This document shows, one piece after another, positions 1 to 8,791 of a DNA stretch of 23,703 nt. Numbering within the stretch: position 1 is the first letter of the stretch; every line of letters begins with the position of its first letter. The notes under the pieces were generated by a model. The model ran no database searches, was not told the DNA's origin, and worked only from the letters and a program-made list of their open reading frames with translations. Both the position numbers and the translations under genes were made by a program. Source of the DNA: a virus (taxonomy: Duplodnaviria; Heunggongvirae; Uroviricota; Caudoviricetes); the IMG/VR virus record IMGVR_UViG_2585427753_000011; one strand, written 5' to 3'.

Positions 1-981
1 TTATAACGTCACTCCGCCTTTTAGTGGATTCAGAGCGACGGCATTTTGCAGATAGTCAGGCGCAAGGTGCGCATAGGCCATCGTCTGCTGAATGCTCGCA
101 TGTCCCAGAATCTGTTGCAGTGCGATTATATTGCCCCCATTCATCATGAAATGGCTTGCGAATGTATGCCGCAGGATGTGGGTTGCCTGATTGGGTGGTA
201 TATCAGGTTTCACTCTGCGTAAAATCCCGCAAAATTTCTCATAATCAACTTTGAATAATTTGGCGCTGGCCTCCTCTTTAACTTTTTTCTCCAGTTCCTC
301 AGAAATCGGCACGGTTCGCTTTTTACCGTTTTTGGTTTTCAGGAAGGTAACCCTGCAATTTGTAATCTGTGCTGGTTTTAGCGTGGCAACTTCCGTCCAT
401 CTTCCTCCAGTGCTCAGACATAAAAGCGCGACAAGTAAGTCATCACCAGCCAAAACATTTAACAGTTTTTCGATTTCTGCTTTTTCCAGGAACGTCATTT
501 CAGGGTTGGCTTCCGCCAGTGGCGGCAGTCCGTGAATTGGGTGTTGCCCGGAAAATTCATCCAATTGAATTAATTTTGTGAACATGCCGGATAATCGGTA
601 CATGTCACGGTTTATCGTTGCGGCACTGATACCATCACGTAGTCGCATGGAACGATAATCCATCAAAGCCCTTTTGCTCATCCTGCTCACTGGTATATCA
701 CCTATGCCGCTGATGGTTTTGAGTAGATGATTAAACTCTTTTGTTCCATGCTCGTGGTTTTGCCCGTGATATTTCCACCAGATGTCCAGCAACTCACTCA
801 AAGTCCGGCGGTCTGCTCGCTGGCCTCCCCATTCTTTCTGACTGGCATTGGCGATTGTGTATCGCTCAAATGCTAGTGCTTCAGCTTTTCTTTCGAATTT
901 CCTGCGGATGCGTTTTCCGTCGCGGCCGCGAGGTCTAATGTCCACTTCATAGCGACCATCATCGAGCTTCTTAATTGCCAT
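1..981 (-). CDS. int: P2-like tyrosine integrase
   Basis: ORF 1..1011 translation carries a C-terminal tyrosine-recombinase region (HxLRHTFA...LGH...MAYAH) and the P2 Int-like N-terminus MAIKKLDDGRYEVD. I place the start at the internal ATG (979-981), which has a GGAGGG Shine-Dalgarno ~7 nt upstream; the ATG at 1009-1011 has none. Stop codon is at window positions 1-3. Confidence 0.9.
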   Translation of the reverse strand: MAIKKLDDGRYEVDIRPRGRDGKRIRRKFERKAEALAFERYTIANASQKEWGGQRADRRTLSELLDIWWKYHGQNHEHGTKEFNHLLKTISGIGDIPVSRMSKRALMDYRSMRLRDGISAATINRDMYRLSGMFTKLIQLDEFSGQHPIHGLPPLAEANPEMTFLEKAEIEKLLNVLAGDDLLVALLCLSTGGRWTEVATLKPAQITNCRVTFLKTKNGKKRTVPISEELEKKVKEEASAKLFKVDYEKFCGILRRVKPDIPPNQATHILRHTFASHFMMNGGNIIALQQILGHASIQQTMAYAHLAPDYLQNAVALNPLKGGVTL

Positions 982-1050
982 AAGAAAGCCCTCCGGCGCT
1001 GTATTCACCATCTTGGTAGCAAATGGTGAAAATGTAATCTTTATATAGAG

Positions 1051-1344
1051 TTAGCCAATCCTTTTCGCGGAGTGGTTGGACTCTGTTGACTCTGGCCCAA
1101 TGTGCGCGAGAGCCGGTGCGATTTGTCCTGCGTCCGGCGCGGTTTTATCTGTCATAAGCCATAGAGCATATTTTTGGAATGTGGGATGCATAGTGATTTT
1201 TAGCAAAGCTGTGCCACCAGGTTCAAAGTTTCCTCCTTCATATTTTTTAAGTGTGCTTAGTGGTAAGTCTATGATTTCACAGAATTTTGATTGGCTTAGC
1301 CCTTCAGCCTCACGCAAGGCCTTAATCTTTTCGCTTAATTTCAT
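1051..1344 (-). CDS. C: Immunity repressor C (XRE-type HTH)
   Basis: 97-aa ORF divergent from cox, between int and cox as in P2; N-terminal HTH-like segment (LSQSKFCEIIDLPLSTLKKYE). Confidence 0.8.
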   Translation of the reverse strand: MKLSEKIKALREAEGLSQSKFCEIIDLPLSTLKKYEGGNFEPGGTALLKITMHPTFQKYALWLMTDKTAPDAGQIAPALAHIGPESTESNHSAKRIG

Positions 1345-1465
1345 TTGACATGGTGCCTATATAGGGACTAAATTCCCTCAAAACTGGAACCTATATAGGT
1401 TCCATTGATTTGAGAATAAACCAGCGTCTAAACGGTTTTGAGTGGTTTAGAAAGGGCTGGATCCT
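1345..1465. promoter_or_regulatory. C/cox immunity switch region with two CCTATATAGG palindromes and a TTGACA hexamer
   Basis: Palindrome CCTATATAGG at 1356-1365 and again at 1390-1399 (second extends to GGAACCTATATAGGTTCC, 1386-1403); TTGACA at 1345-1350. Lies between divergent C and cox. Confidence 0.5.
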
Positions 1466-1753
1466 ATGAGGGTACCATATATGGACGCTGAAAATTATGT
1501 GATTCAGTATCCGCTGGACGCGGTTCATGTGGATAAATTTGCTGATTTATTAGGGAAGCCAAAGACAGCCGTCAGTGAAATGGTGAAGGCAAATAAATTA
1601 CCAATTATTGAATTACGTGATCCTTGCAAACCGAAGGCTCGTGCCGGTGAAAAATGGGTTTTCATTCCTGAGTTTAATCGCGCTGTACGTGAGGCGTTTT
1701 ATAACCGACCGGTTGAACAGCGTGATGCATGGCTTTTGTGGATGGGGTTGTGA
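1466..1753 (+). CDS. cox: Cox (excisionase / transcriptional switch protein)
   Basis: 95-aa ORF in the P2 cox position; resembles P2 Cox. Start could instead be the ATG at 1481. Confidence 0.8.
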   Translation: MRVPYMDAENYVIQYPLDAVHVDKFADLLGKPKTAVSEMVKANKLPIIELRDPCKPKARAGEKWVFIPEFNRAVREAFYNRPVEQRDAWLLWMGL

Positions 1754-1755
1754 TT

Positions 1756-1926
1756 ATGAATGAGCCGCGTTGTATTGCTCAGTTATTGCGTAACGAAAGC
1801 CCCAGGGTGATTGACTTCACCATCACCCACGGGAAGGGACGCAAGGGAATCATTATCCGCACCAAAAAACAGAGTCCGTTAAAGAAGGCTCTGACCTTTC
1901 TGAAAAGCCGGAGGGTCTGGAAATGA
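1756..1926 (+). CDS. Small hypothetical protein (P2 orf78-like position)
   Basis: ORF 1729..1926; start chosen at internal ATG 1756 (MNEPRCIAQ...) just past the cox stop; stop overlaps B start (ATGA). Confidence 0.5.
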   Translation: MNEPRCIAQLLRNESPRVIDFTITHGKGRKGIIIRTKKQSPLKKALTFLKSRRVWK

Positions 1927-2423
1927 CAGTGATGACGCTTAATCTCGTTGAAAAACAGCCAGCAGCTATGCGCCGGATAATTGGTAAGCATCTGGCCGTC
2001 CCTCGCTGGCAGGATACATGTGATTATTATAATCAGATGATGGAACGCGAACGGCTAACAGTTTGCTTTCATGCGCAGTTAAAACAACGTCATGCAACGA
2101 TGCGTTTTGAAGAAATGAACGACGTCGAACGTGAACGGCTGGTTTGTGCAATTGATGAATTGCGTGGGGCATTCTCAAAACGCCGTCAGGTTGGCGCAAG
2201 TGAGTATGCATATATTAGTTTTTTAACAGTCAGTCAGCGTCGTACTTTATTTATGCATGCCGGATTGACTGAAAAAGAATTCAACCAGCCATACTGGCGA
2301 ATTAATGAAGAGTCATGTTACTGGCGTGATGCTTTATTCCGTGCATTACGTGAATTATTCAGCCTGTTTGAGTATGCACCGACAATTCTGACGTCGGTAA
2401 AACCAGAGCAATATCTGCATTAA
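1923..2423 (+). CDS. B: Replication protein B (helicase-loader-like)
   Basis: 166-aa ORF, same length and position as P2 B. Confidence 0.85.
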   Translation: MTVMTLNLVEKQPAAMRRIIGKHLAVPRWQDTCDYYNQMMERERLTVCFHAQLKQRHATMRFEEMNDVERERLVCAIDELRGAFSKRRQVGASEYAYISFLTVSQRRTLFMHAGLTEKEFNQPYWRINEESCYWRDALFRALRELFSLFEYAPTILTSVKPEQYLH

Positions 2424-2486
2424 ATAATTAACCAGAGTTTTAAACGCACTTAATCGTGCGGGGCTTCTTTTTGCCTGGAGAAAGTC

Positions 2487-2711
2487 ATGCATACAGTTTC
2501 TGAAAATCAGTGCGGTAAATACGCATTACTGCTGCAACAGGCCAGAACCGAAGCACAGGCTGACGCTGCGACGCGCTTTTCTTCTCATCTTGACGCCATG
2601 ATTCGCCATATCACAAAGGCGGAGTTATCCCGCGTGGAGATAGTCGAGCTACTCAGTCAGGAGTCGGAAAAATTTCACAATATCGGATTGTCTCGCGGGG
2701 AGGGGCTTTGA
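2487..2711 (+). CDS. Hypothetical early protein (P2 orf80-like)
   Basis: 74-aa ORF in conserved position; stop overlaps next start. Confidence 0.6.
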   Translation: MHTVSENQCGKYALLLQQARTEAQADAATRFSSHLDAMIRHITKAELSRVEIVELLSQESEKFHNIGLSRGEGL

Positions 2712-3010
2712 TGTCCTGTTCTCATTCAGTTGTATTACTGAATAACGCCTTAAAAATCGCCGTTATGAAAAATGGCGATTTGTCTCTTATCCAACTTTGT
2801 CTTGATAAAGAAAAACGCGACATCACTGAATCTGTTATCGCGATTTATCAGAGCGAATTAAACCTCCTGTCTGATGTGATCAATTTACTTGTGAAACGCG
2901 CTGTATTCCACAAGCAAATTTCCTCAGTGGATGAACTGACAAAATTAACGACAGAACTCGCCAGTTATTGCGCTGATGTATCCAGGAAACTTAACGATAA
3001 AAGGAGCTGA
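2708..3010 (+). CDS. Hypothetical early protein (P2 orf81-like)
   Basis: 100-aa ORF, translationally coupled to neighbours. Confidence 0.6.
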   Translation: MMSCSHSVVLLNNALKIAVMKNGDLSLIQLCLDKEKRDITESVIAIYQSELNLLSDVINLLVKRAVFHKQISSVDELTKLTTELASYCADVSRKLNDKRS

Positions 3011-3012
3011 TA

Positions 3013-3237
3013 ATGCCGGACAACGTAGATTTTATTCAGGAACAACAGGCTGAATTACTGGAGCGCCAGATTAACGCGGCAAGGGTAAAACATTGCGGTG
3101 TTTCTTCGCTGGTTTGCGAAGAGTGTGACGCTCCAATACCTGCTGCCCGTCGTGCGGCTTATCCGTCAGCCACGCGTTGTGTTTCCTGTCAGTCAGTCTT
3201 TGAAGCAAAAAACAAACATTACCGGAGAACGGCATGA
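3013..3237 (+). CDS. TraR/DksA-family C4 zinc-finger protein (P2 orf82-like)
   Basis: 74 aa with CxxC...CxxC (CEECDAPIP...CVSCQ), typical of phage TraR/DksA-like zinc fingers. Confidence 0.75.
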   Translation: MPDNVDFIQEQQAELLERQINAARVKHCGVSSLVCEECDAPIPAARRAAYPSATRCVSCQSVFEAKNKHYRRTA

Positions 3238-3509
3238 GTATTCGTATTGAAATTGGCGAACGTTATGTCGTTACCAGTGACAGCTTTCAGTTTATTCTCC
3301 ACGAGAAAAAGAGAGCGGAAAGCGGTAAAAACGCCGGTCAGGAATGGCTGGCGGTGGTTGGTTATTACCCGAAATTAAGCCAGCTCGTTTCCGGCCTGAT
3401 GCATCACGATATTCTGACCGGAAGCGCAAAGTCTTTTGCTGATTTAAACGGGCAGGTTGAGCAACTCAGCAAGCGTTGTTCAGAGGCTTTTGGCTCATAT
3501 GGCCGTTAA
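3234..3509 (+). CDS. Hypothetical early protein (P2 orf83-like)
   Basis: 91-aa ORF; stop overlaps the A start. Confidence 0.6.
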   Translation: MSIRIEIGERYVVTSDSFQFILHEKKRAESGKNAGQEWLAVVGYYPKLSQLVSGLMHHDILTGSAKSFADLNGQVEQLSKRCSEAFGSYGR

Positions 3510-5778
3510 AGCCTCCGGGCGTTTTGTCCCTCCGTCAGCATTTGCCGCAGGCACCGGTAAGACGTTTACCGGTGCTTATGCATGGAACGCGCCACGCGAG
3601 GCCGTCGGGCGCGAAAGACCCCTTACACGTGACGAGATGCGTCAGGTGCAAGGTGTTTTATCCACGATTAACCGCCTGCCTTACTTTTTGCGTTCGCTGT
3701 TTACTTCACGCTATGACTACATCCGGCGCAATAAAAGCCCGGTGCACGGGTTTTATTTCCTCACATCCACTTTTCAGCGTCGTTTATGGCCGCGCATTGA
3801 GCGCGTGAATCAGCGCCATGAAATGAACACCGACGCGTCGTTACTGTTTCTGGCAGAGCGTGACCACTATGCGCGCCTGCCGGGAATGAATGACAAGGAG
3901 CTGAAAAAATTTGCCGCCCGTATCTCATCGCAGCTTTTCATGATGTATGAGGAACTCTGCGATGCCTGGGTGGATGCCCATGGCGAAAAAGAATCGCTGT
4001 TTACGGATGAGGCGCAGGCTCACCTGTATGGTCATGTTGCTGGCGCTGCACGTGCTTTCAATATTTCCCCGCTCTACTGGAAAAAATACCGTAAAGGACA
4101 GATGACCACGAGGCAGGCATATTCTGCCATTGCCCGCCTGTTTAACGATGAGTGGTGGACTCATCAGCTTAAAGGCCAGCGTATGCGCTGGCATGAGGCG
4201 TTACTGATTGCTGTCGGGGAGGTCAATAAAGACCGTTCTCCTTATGCCAGTAAACATGCCATTCGTGATGTGCGTGCACGCCGCCAGGCAAATCTGGAAT
4301 TTCTTAAATCGTGTGACCTTGAAAACAGGGAAACCGGCGAGCGCATCGACCTTATCAGTAAGGTGATGGGCAGTATTTCTAATCCTGAAATTCGCCGGAT
4401 GGAGCTGATGAACACCATTGCCGGTATTGAGCGTTACGCCGCAGCAGAGGGTGATGTGGGGATGTTTATCACGCTGACCGCGCCGTCAAAGTATCACCCG
4501 ACACGTCAGGTCGGAAAAGGCGAAAGTAAAACCGTCCAGCTAAATCACGGCTGGAACGATGAGGCATTTAATCCAAAGGATGCGCAGCGTTATCTCTGCC
4601 ATATCTGGAGCCTGATGCGCACGGCATTCAAGGATAATGATTTACAGGTCTACGGTTTGCGTGTCGTCGAGCCACACCACGACGGAACGCCGCACTGGCA
4701 TATGATGCTTTTTTGTAATCCACGCCAGCGTAACCAGATTATTGAAATCATGCGTCGCTATGCGCTCAAAGAGGATGGCGACGAAAGAGGAGCCGCGCGA
4801 AACCGTTTTCAGGCAAAACACCTTAACCGGGGCGGTGCTGCGGGATATATCGCGAAATACATCTCAAAAAACATCGACGGCTATGCACTGGATGGTCAGC
4901 TCGATAATGATACCGGTAGGCCGCTGAAAGACACAGCTGCGGCTGTTACCGCATGGGCGTCAACGTGGCGCATTCCGCAATTTAAAACGGTTGGTCTGCC
5001 GACAATGGGGGCTTACCGTGAACTACGCAAATTGCCTCGCGGCGTCAGCATTGCTGATGAGTTTGACGAGCGCGTCGAGGCTGCACGCGCCGCTGCAGAC
5101 AGTGGTGATTTTGCGTTGTATATCAGCGCGCAGGGCGGGGCAAATGTCCCGCGCGATTGTCAGACTGTCAGGGTCGCCCGTAGCCCGTCGGATGACGTTA
5201 ACGAGTACGAGGAAGAAGTCGAGAGAGTGGTCGGCATTTACGCGCCGCATCTCGGCGCGCGTCATATTCATATCACCAGAACGACGGACTGGCGCATTGT
5301 TCCGAAAGTGCCGGTCGTTGAGCCTTTGACTTTAAAAAGCGGCATCGCCGCGCCTCGGAGTCCTGTCAATAACTGTGGAAAGCTCACCGGTGGTGATACT
5401 TCGTTACCGGCTCCCACACCTTCTGAGCACGCCGCAGCAGTGCTTAATCTGGTTGATGACGGTGTTATTGAATGGAATGACCAGGAGGTCGTGAGGGCGC
5501 TCAGGGGCGCATTAAAACGAGGTCTGAGAAGACCAAACCGTCAGCAAAGAAACGGAAGCCCGTTAAAACAGCATGAAATGGCACCATCGGCCAGACTGAC
5601 CCGGTCAGAACGAATGCAAATTACCCGTATCCGCGTTGACCTTGCTCAGAACGGTATCAGGCCGCAGCGATGGGAGCTTGAGGCGCTGGCGCGTGGAGCA
5701 ATTGTAAATTACGACGGGAAAAAATTCACGTATCCAGTCGCTGATGAGTGGCGGGGATTCTCAGCAGTAATGGAGTGA
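3499..5778 (+). CDS. A: Replication initiation endonuclease A (rolling-circle HUH endonuclease)
   Basis: Track ORF 3457..5778; start set at ATG 3499 (MAVKASGRF...) by resemblance to the P2 gpA N-terminus and coupling to the upstream stop. Contains a histidine-rich HUH-type motif (HHDGTPHWHMMLF). Confidence 0.9.
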   Translation: MAVKASGRFVPPSAFAAGTGKTFTGAYAWNAPREAVGRERPLTRDEMRQVQGVLSTINRLPYFLRSLFTSRYDYIRRNKSPVHGFYFLTSTFQRRLWPRIERVNQRHEMNTDASLLFLAERDHYARLPGMNDKELKKFAARISSQLFMMYEELCDAWVDAHGEKESLFTDEAQAHLYGHVAGAARAFNISPLYWKKYRKGQMTTRQAYSAIARLFNDEWWTHQLKGQRMRWHEALLIAVGEVNKDRSPYASKHAIRDVRARRQANLEFLKSCDLENRETGERIDLISKVMGSISNPEIRRMELMNTIAGIERYAAAEGDVGMFITLTAPSKYHPTRQVGKGESKTVQLNHGWNDEAFNPKDAQRYLCHIWSLMRTAFKDNDLQVYGLRVVEPHHDGTPHWHMMLFCNPRQRNQIIEIMRRYALKEDGDERGAARNRFQAKHLNRGGAAGYIAKYISKNIDGYALDGQLDNDTGRPLKDTAAAVTAWASTWRIPQFKTVGLPTMGAYRELRKLPRGVSIADEFDERVEAARAAADSGDFALYISAQGGANVPRDCQTVRVARSPSDDVNEYEEEVERVVGIYAPHLGARHIHITRTTDWRIVPKVPVVEPLTLKSGIAAPRSPVNNCGKLTGGDTSLPAPTPSEHAAAVLNLVDDGVIEWNDQEVVRALRGALKRGLRRPNRQQRNGSPLKQHEMAPSARLTRSERMQITRIRVDLAQNGIRPQRWELEALARGAIVNYDGKKFTYPVADEWRGFSAVME

Positions 5779-6019
5779 ACGTCGCCCGTTGCGAAAATTA
5801 TTTACAGGGGGCAGCGTTAAGCATCTAAAGATCTTGTTCTATGATTAGAATGTTTCCTCGTTGCACTCTCGTATAGTTATTTAATGGGAAGATGTACTCT
5901 ATATGTTGTGTTTTGGTGATAAATGAAGCCAAAGGAAGGAGATTTTGCTTGATTGATGGGCGCTCTTTGCTATACACCTTGTATTGAGAAGGAGAAGTAA
6001 TCAAGGATTAAGCTGGCTT

Positions 6020-6073
6020 TTGTCAAAAATCTGAAAAGCTTTTTTGACTGAATACGATAGCGAGTTGTACTAT
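6020..6073 (+). promoter_or_regulatory. Candidate sigma70 promoter with overlapping inverted repeats upstream of the cargo membrane operon
   Basis: -35 TTGACT (6044-6049), 18-nt spacer, -10 TACTAT (6068-6073), ~35 nt upstream of ATG 6108. Inverted repeat GTCAAAAA (6022-6029) / TTTTTGAC (6041-6048) and palindrome AAAAGCTTTT (6034-6043) overlap the -35. Confidence 0.35.
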
Positions 6074-6107
6074 TTGCGCCCTCAAAAGTAACCGGCGGCT
6101 GGGTAAA

Positions 6108-6482
6108 ATGGGGAAGCAAGGCAAAGGCAAAGGCAACAAAAATCAGGTTAAGGTTACGTGGGCTCAGGCGTGGCGGGATGTAATGATAAGAGCCATGTCT
6201 AATGGTCAGTTGATACCTATTACCATCAGTATTATTTTAATGATTGCTGCATGGAGGTTACCAAAAACAGACTTGTCCAATTTAGCCTTCTCTATTGTTG
6301 ATGGCTTTAAGGAGCATTCCTTGGTTGGTTGGGCTATCTCGGTAATAGTGGGTTTGGCTTGGTCTGCACATGCGCGAATCATGAGGCGCTGTTTTAGTTC
6401 CGAGGCACAGAGAATCGGTAACGAGAAAACAAAGTATCAACAAAGACAGACCACTCAAGCCTTGGGTACAAGTGATAAATAG
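6108..6482 (+). CDS. Cargo gene 1: small two-transmembrane-helix protein with Lys/Gly-rich N-terminus
   Basis: 124-aa ORF; two hydrophobic segments (LIPITISIILMIAAW; LVGWAISVIVGLAWSAHA). Weak SD, so start is uncertain (alternative Met at 6183/6195). AT-rich relative to backbone. Confidence 0.6.
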   Translation: MGKQGKGKGNKNQVKVTWAQAWRDVMIRAMSNGQLIPITISIILMIAAWRLPKTDLSNLAFSIVDGFKEHSLVGWAISVIVGLAWSAHARIMRRCFSSEAQRIGNEKTKYQQRQTTQALGTSDK

Positions 6483-6502
6483 TTGTTTATTTAGGAGTTA
6501 TT

Positions 6503-7060
6503 ATGCTGACAGTGCTGTTTTATGTGCTGTTGGGTTTAGGCGCAGCACACTTCATTTACGAGCGAATCATTTTGCCGTCCATCCGACTTCATTATAGAAA
6601 CCAATTGTTTGCGCTTCGTGATGTCGCTAGGAGGAAAATCATTGATGGAGGTTCCGATACTTCCATGCAAGCGGCAACACTTGTGCATGACTCATTGAAT
6701 AACGCTATCAATAGATTGCATTTACTCACGTTGCCAAACAAATTTCGTGCTCAAAAGCGTATGGCAGAAAACCATGCAATAAGGCAGAAAATTCGGCGTG
6801 AGATAGATGTTTTCAAACGCTGTGATGATAGAGAAGTTGTTGATGTACTGTTTAAATCCGGTCGGATACTTGAAAATGTACTGTTATTCAATAGCTTAAT
6901 GTTATTGCTTTACATGTTTCCATTTGTCCTTGCTGTATGGTTCTGTGTTAGGGTCATAAAGACAGCAAGTAGTTTAGTACAGTGGGTCAAAGGAAGAGAT
7001 TTAGAGGAAGCTATAATGCTGCTTCCTGATACTCAGGTTGAAAAGGTTGTATACGCATAA
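6503..7060 (+). CDS. Cargo gene 2: membrane protein with N- and C-terminal hydrophobic helices
   Basis: 185-aa ORF with strong SD (AGGAG ~5 nt upstream); hydrophobic N-terminus (LTVLFYVLLGLGAAHFIY) and C-terminal segment (LLFNSLMLLLYMFPFVLAVWFCV) around a charged helical region; 20 nt after gene 1. Confidence 0.7.
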   Translation: MLTVLFYVLLGLGAAHFIYERIILPSIRLHYRNQLFALRDVARRKIIDGGSDTSMQAATLVHDSLNNAINRLHLLTLPNKFRAQKRMAENHAIRQKIRREIDVFKRCDDREVVDVLFKSGRILENVLLFNSLMLLLYMFPFVLAVWFCVRVIKTASSLVQWVKGRDLEEAIMLLPDTQVEKVVYA

Positions 7061-7088
7061 AAATCACCCCTTAGGGGGTGATTTTTTT
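7061..7088 (+). terminator. Rho-independent terminator ending the two-gene membrane operon
   Basis: Stem ATCACCCC (7063-7070) / GGGGTGAT (7075-7082), loop TTAG, followed by a T-run; immediately after the stop at 7060. Confidence 0.8.
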
Positions 7089-7299
7089 ACATGACTTTTG
7101 ATTAGCTGACATTGTAAATCCGCATGTATCAGATGCATTGTTTTGCATGTGGAAATGGGTGTTTTCACTGCCAGCTATCGCTACATGTAGCAAAAACACG
7201 GGCTTAATAAGAAATCATTCTGCCATAAGGCATAACTTCCCCGCGTGCTCAGGTATTGACGTCATAGATATGGATCTTTTTTAATCAAGGTATGGTATT

Positions 7300-8247
7300 A
7301 TGAAGATATTTATTAGTTGGTCAGGTCAGGACAGCCTGGAGATAGCAAAAGTATTACGGGATTGGATACCGAATGTTATTCAAGTAGCTGAGCCGTACGT
7401 ATCAGCGGAAGATATTGATAAAGGCACTCGCTGGGCGACTGATATATCAAAGGAACTTGATGACTCTTCTTATGGGATTATTTGCCTTACAAAAAATAAT
7501 ATTAATGCACCGTGGATAAATTTTGAGGCGGGTGCTTTAGGTAAAAAGGTTGATAAGAGCCGGGTTAGTCCTTTCTTGTTTAAAATTAAACCATCTGAGA
7601 TAACAGGCCCAATATTACAATTCCAGTATACTCGTTCGGATGATAAGAACGATATTTTGAAGTTGATGTTGTCAATAAATAATCAAGCAGGATTTTTGAC
7701 TGAAGAACGCTTAACTAAAGCTTTCGAGCAATGGTGGCCAAGTTTAGAGCGTGAGTTAGATAACATTCAAGATATTAACCCTGTAGATAAAGATTCCACT
7801 AAAAAAACAAAAGGTGATTCGACTTCTGAGATACAAAATCTTTCCAAAATTGTTGAAAGTTTGCTGGATATTAGCCGAACAAATCACCAATTATTGCGTG
7901 ATCCAGCATCATTATTGCCAGAAGAATATGTTAGCAAAATAATAAACAGGGAAGGGCGTAAAGAAACTGTTTTAAAAATTGTAGCTTCTGATTTATTATC
8001 CATGCATCATTCACTAATTCGTGTAAAAAGAAGATTTATTCGTCGTGGTATTGATGAAACATCTAGGAGCGAGTTAATTGAATCATTAAATAAAATGATA
8101 ATGGATTGTTCTAGAGTAATCGCTCACTTAGATAATTATTGTGGGGCTTCATCAAACAATATGTTCAATAGTGCGCTTAGATTGCGGACCAGAAATTTAA
8201 TTGACATGATGGATGAGGAGGATGCAGAACGGGATGAAATGGAATAA
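7300..8247 (+). CDS. Cargo gene 3: TIR-domain protein with uncharacterised C-terminal helical domain
   Basis: 315 aa. N-terminal ~130 aa has TIR hallmarks: KIFISWSGQDS first strand, GIICLT strand, and W-x-x-F-E-A-G motif (WINFEAGAL) aligning by eye with the catalytic-Glu region of bacterial TIR NADases. C-terminal ~170 aa has no motif I recognise. Own transcription unit. Confidence 0.75.
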   Translation: MKIFISWSGQDSLEIAKVLRDWIPNVIQVAEPYVSAEDIDKGTRWATDISKELDDSSYGIICLTKNNINAPWINFEAGALGKKVDKSRVSPFLFKIKPSEITGPILQFQYTRSDDKNDILKLMLSINNQAGFLTEERLTKAFEQWWPSLERELDNIQDINPVDKDSTKKTKGDSTSEIQNLSKIVESLLDISRTNHQLLRDPASLLPEEYVSKIINREGRKETVLKIVASDLLSMHHSLIRVKRRFIRRGIDETSRSELIESLNKMIMDCSRVIAHLDNYCGASSNNMFNSALRLRTRNLIDMMDEEDAERDEME

Positions 8248-8298
8248 TCAATTTTGACTAATCATAAATAATTTTGCATATATAAACTTATAATGCCG

Positions 8299-8321
8299 CA
8301 GCCGCTATTTTTCAGCGGCTG
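8299..8321 (+). other. Stem-loop downstream of the TIR gene (possible weak terminator or RNA structure)
   Basis: CAGCCGCT (8299-8306) / AGCGGCTG (8314-8321), 7-nt loop ATTTTTC; no U-tract after the stem. Confidence 0.3.
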
Positions 8322-8791
8322 TATATCGCTTATAATGGGTATGTTATTTTTATTTTGATAAAATCATTAAAATTGTCGATGTTATATGAATGCACATGTA
8401 TTATTAATGTTAGAAGATTATGCCTGCTTACGGCTATTGTGCTGAATTCAACTATGAACGCATCAGTATTAAAATCGTTCCATGAAATGTTCTTCGTCTA
8501 CAGCAGATGATGGGCAACGAAAAAATGACGCTGAGTGAGTTGGTCGGGGAGAATTGTTAGAGGTATTTATGGAGTGGTTTAATAATATCGGTCAATCCTG
8601 AGTTGCAGCATCACATAGACGATAGGGAATCTCTCCAGTCGTTCTGGAATGGCAGCGTTGAACAACAAGCACAGCGAGGCGTTAGATGCCCATCAGATTG
8701 ACACAGAGGGTTTATGAATCGCTGGGATTTACTTAGTTTGAAAAATAATATATTTATATGTTTTTGTATTGTGTTTGTTAAGGAGTTTGGA

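Noticed and set aside
3457-3498. N-terminal extension of gene A from ATG 3457
   Set aside because: It overlaps the 3' end of the upstream orf83-like gene by ~50 nt in another frame, and the P2 gpA N-terminus as I recall it begins at the 3499 Met.
5851-5867. TTGCAC ... TATAGT as a promoter downstream of gene A
   Set aside because: Only 5 nt separate the hexamers, incompatible with a sigma70 spacer.
8714-8791. ATG 8714 as the start of the lipoprotein gene
   Set aside because: That gives a 26-aa hydrophobic, Cys-rich leader before a canonical signal peptide and has no SD; TTG 8792 with AGGAG upstream gives a standard prelipoprotein. Uncertain, so both are noted.
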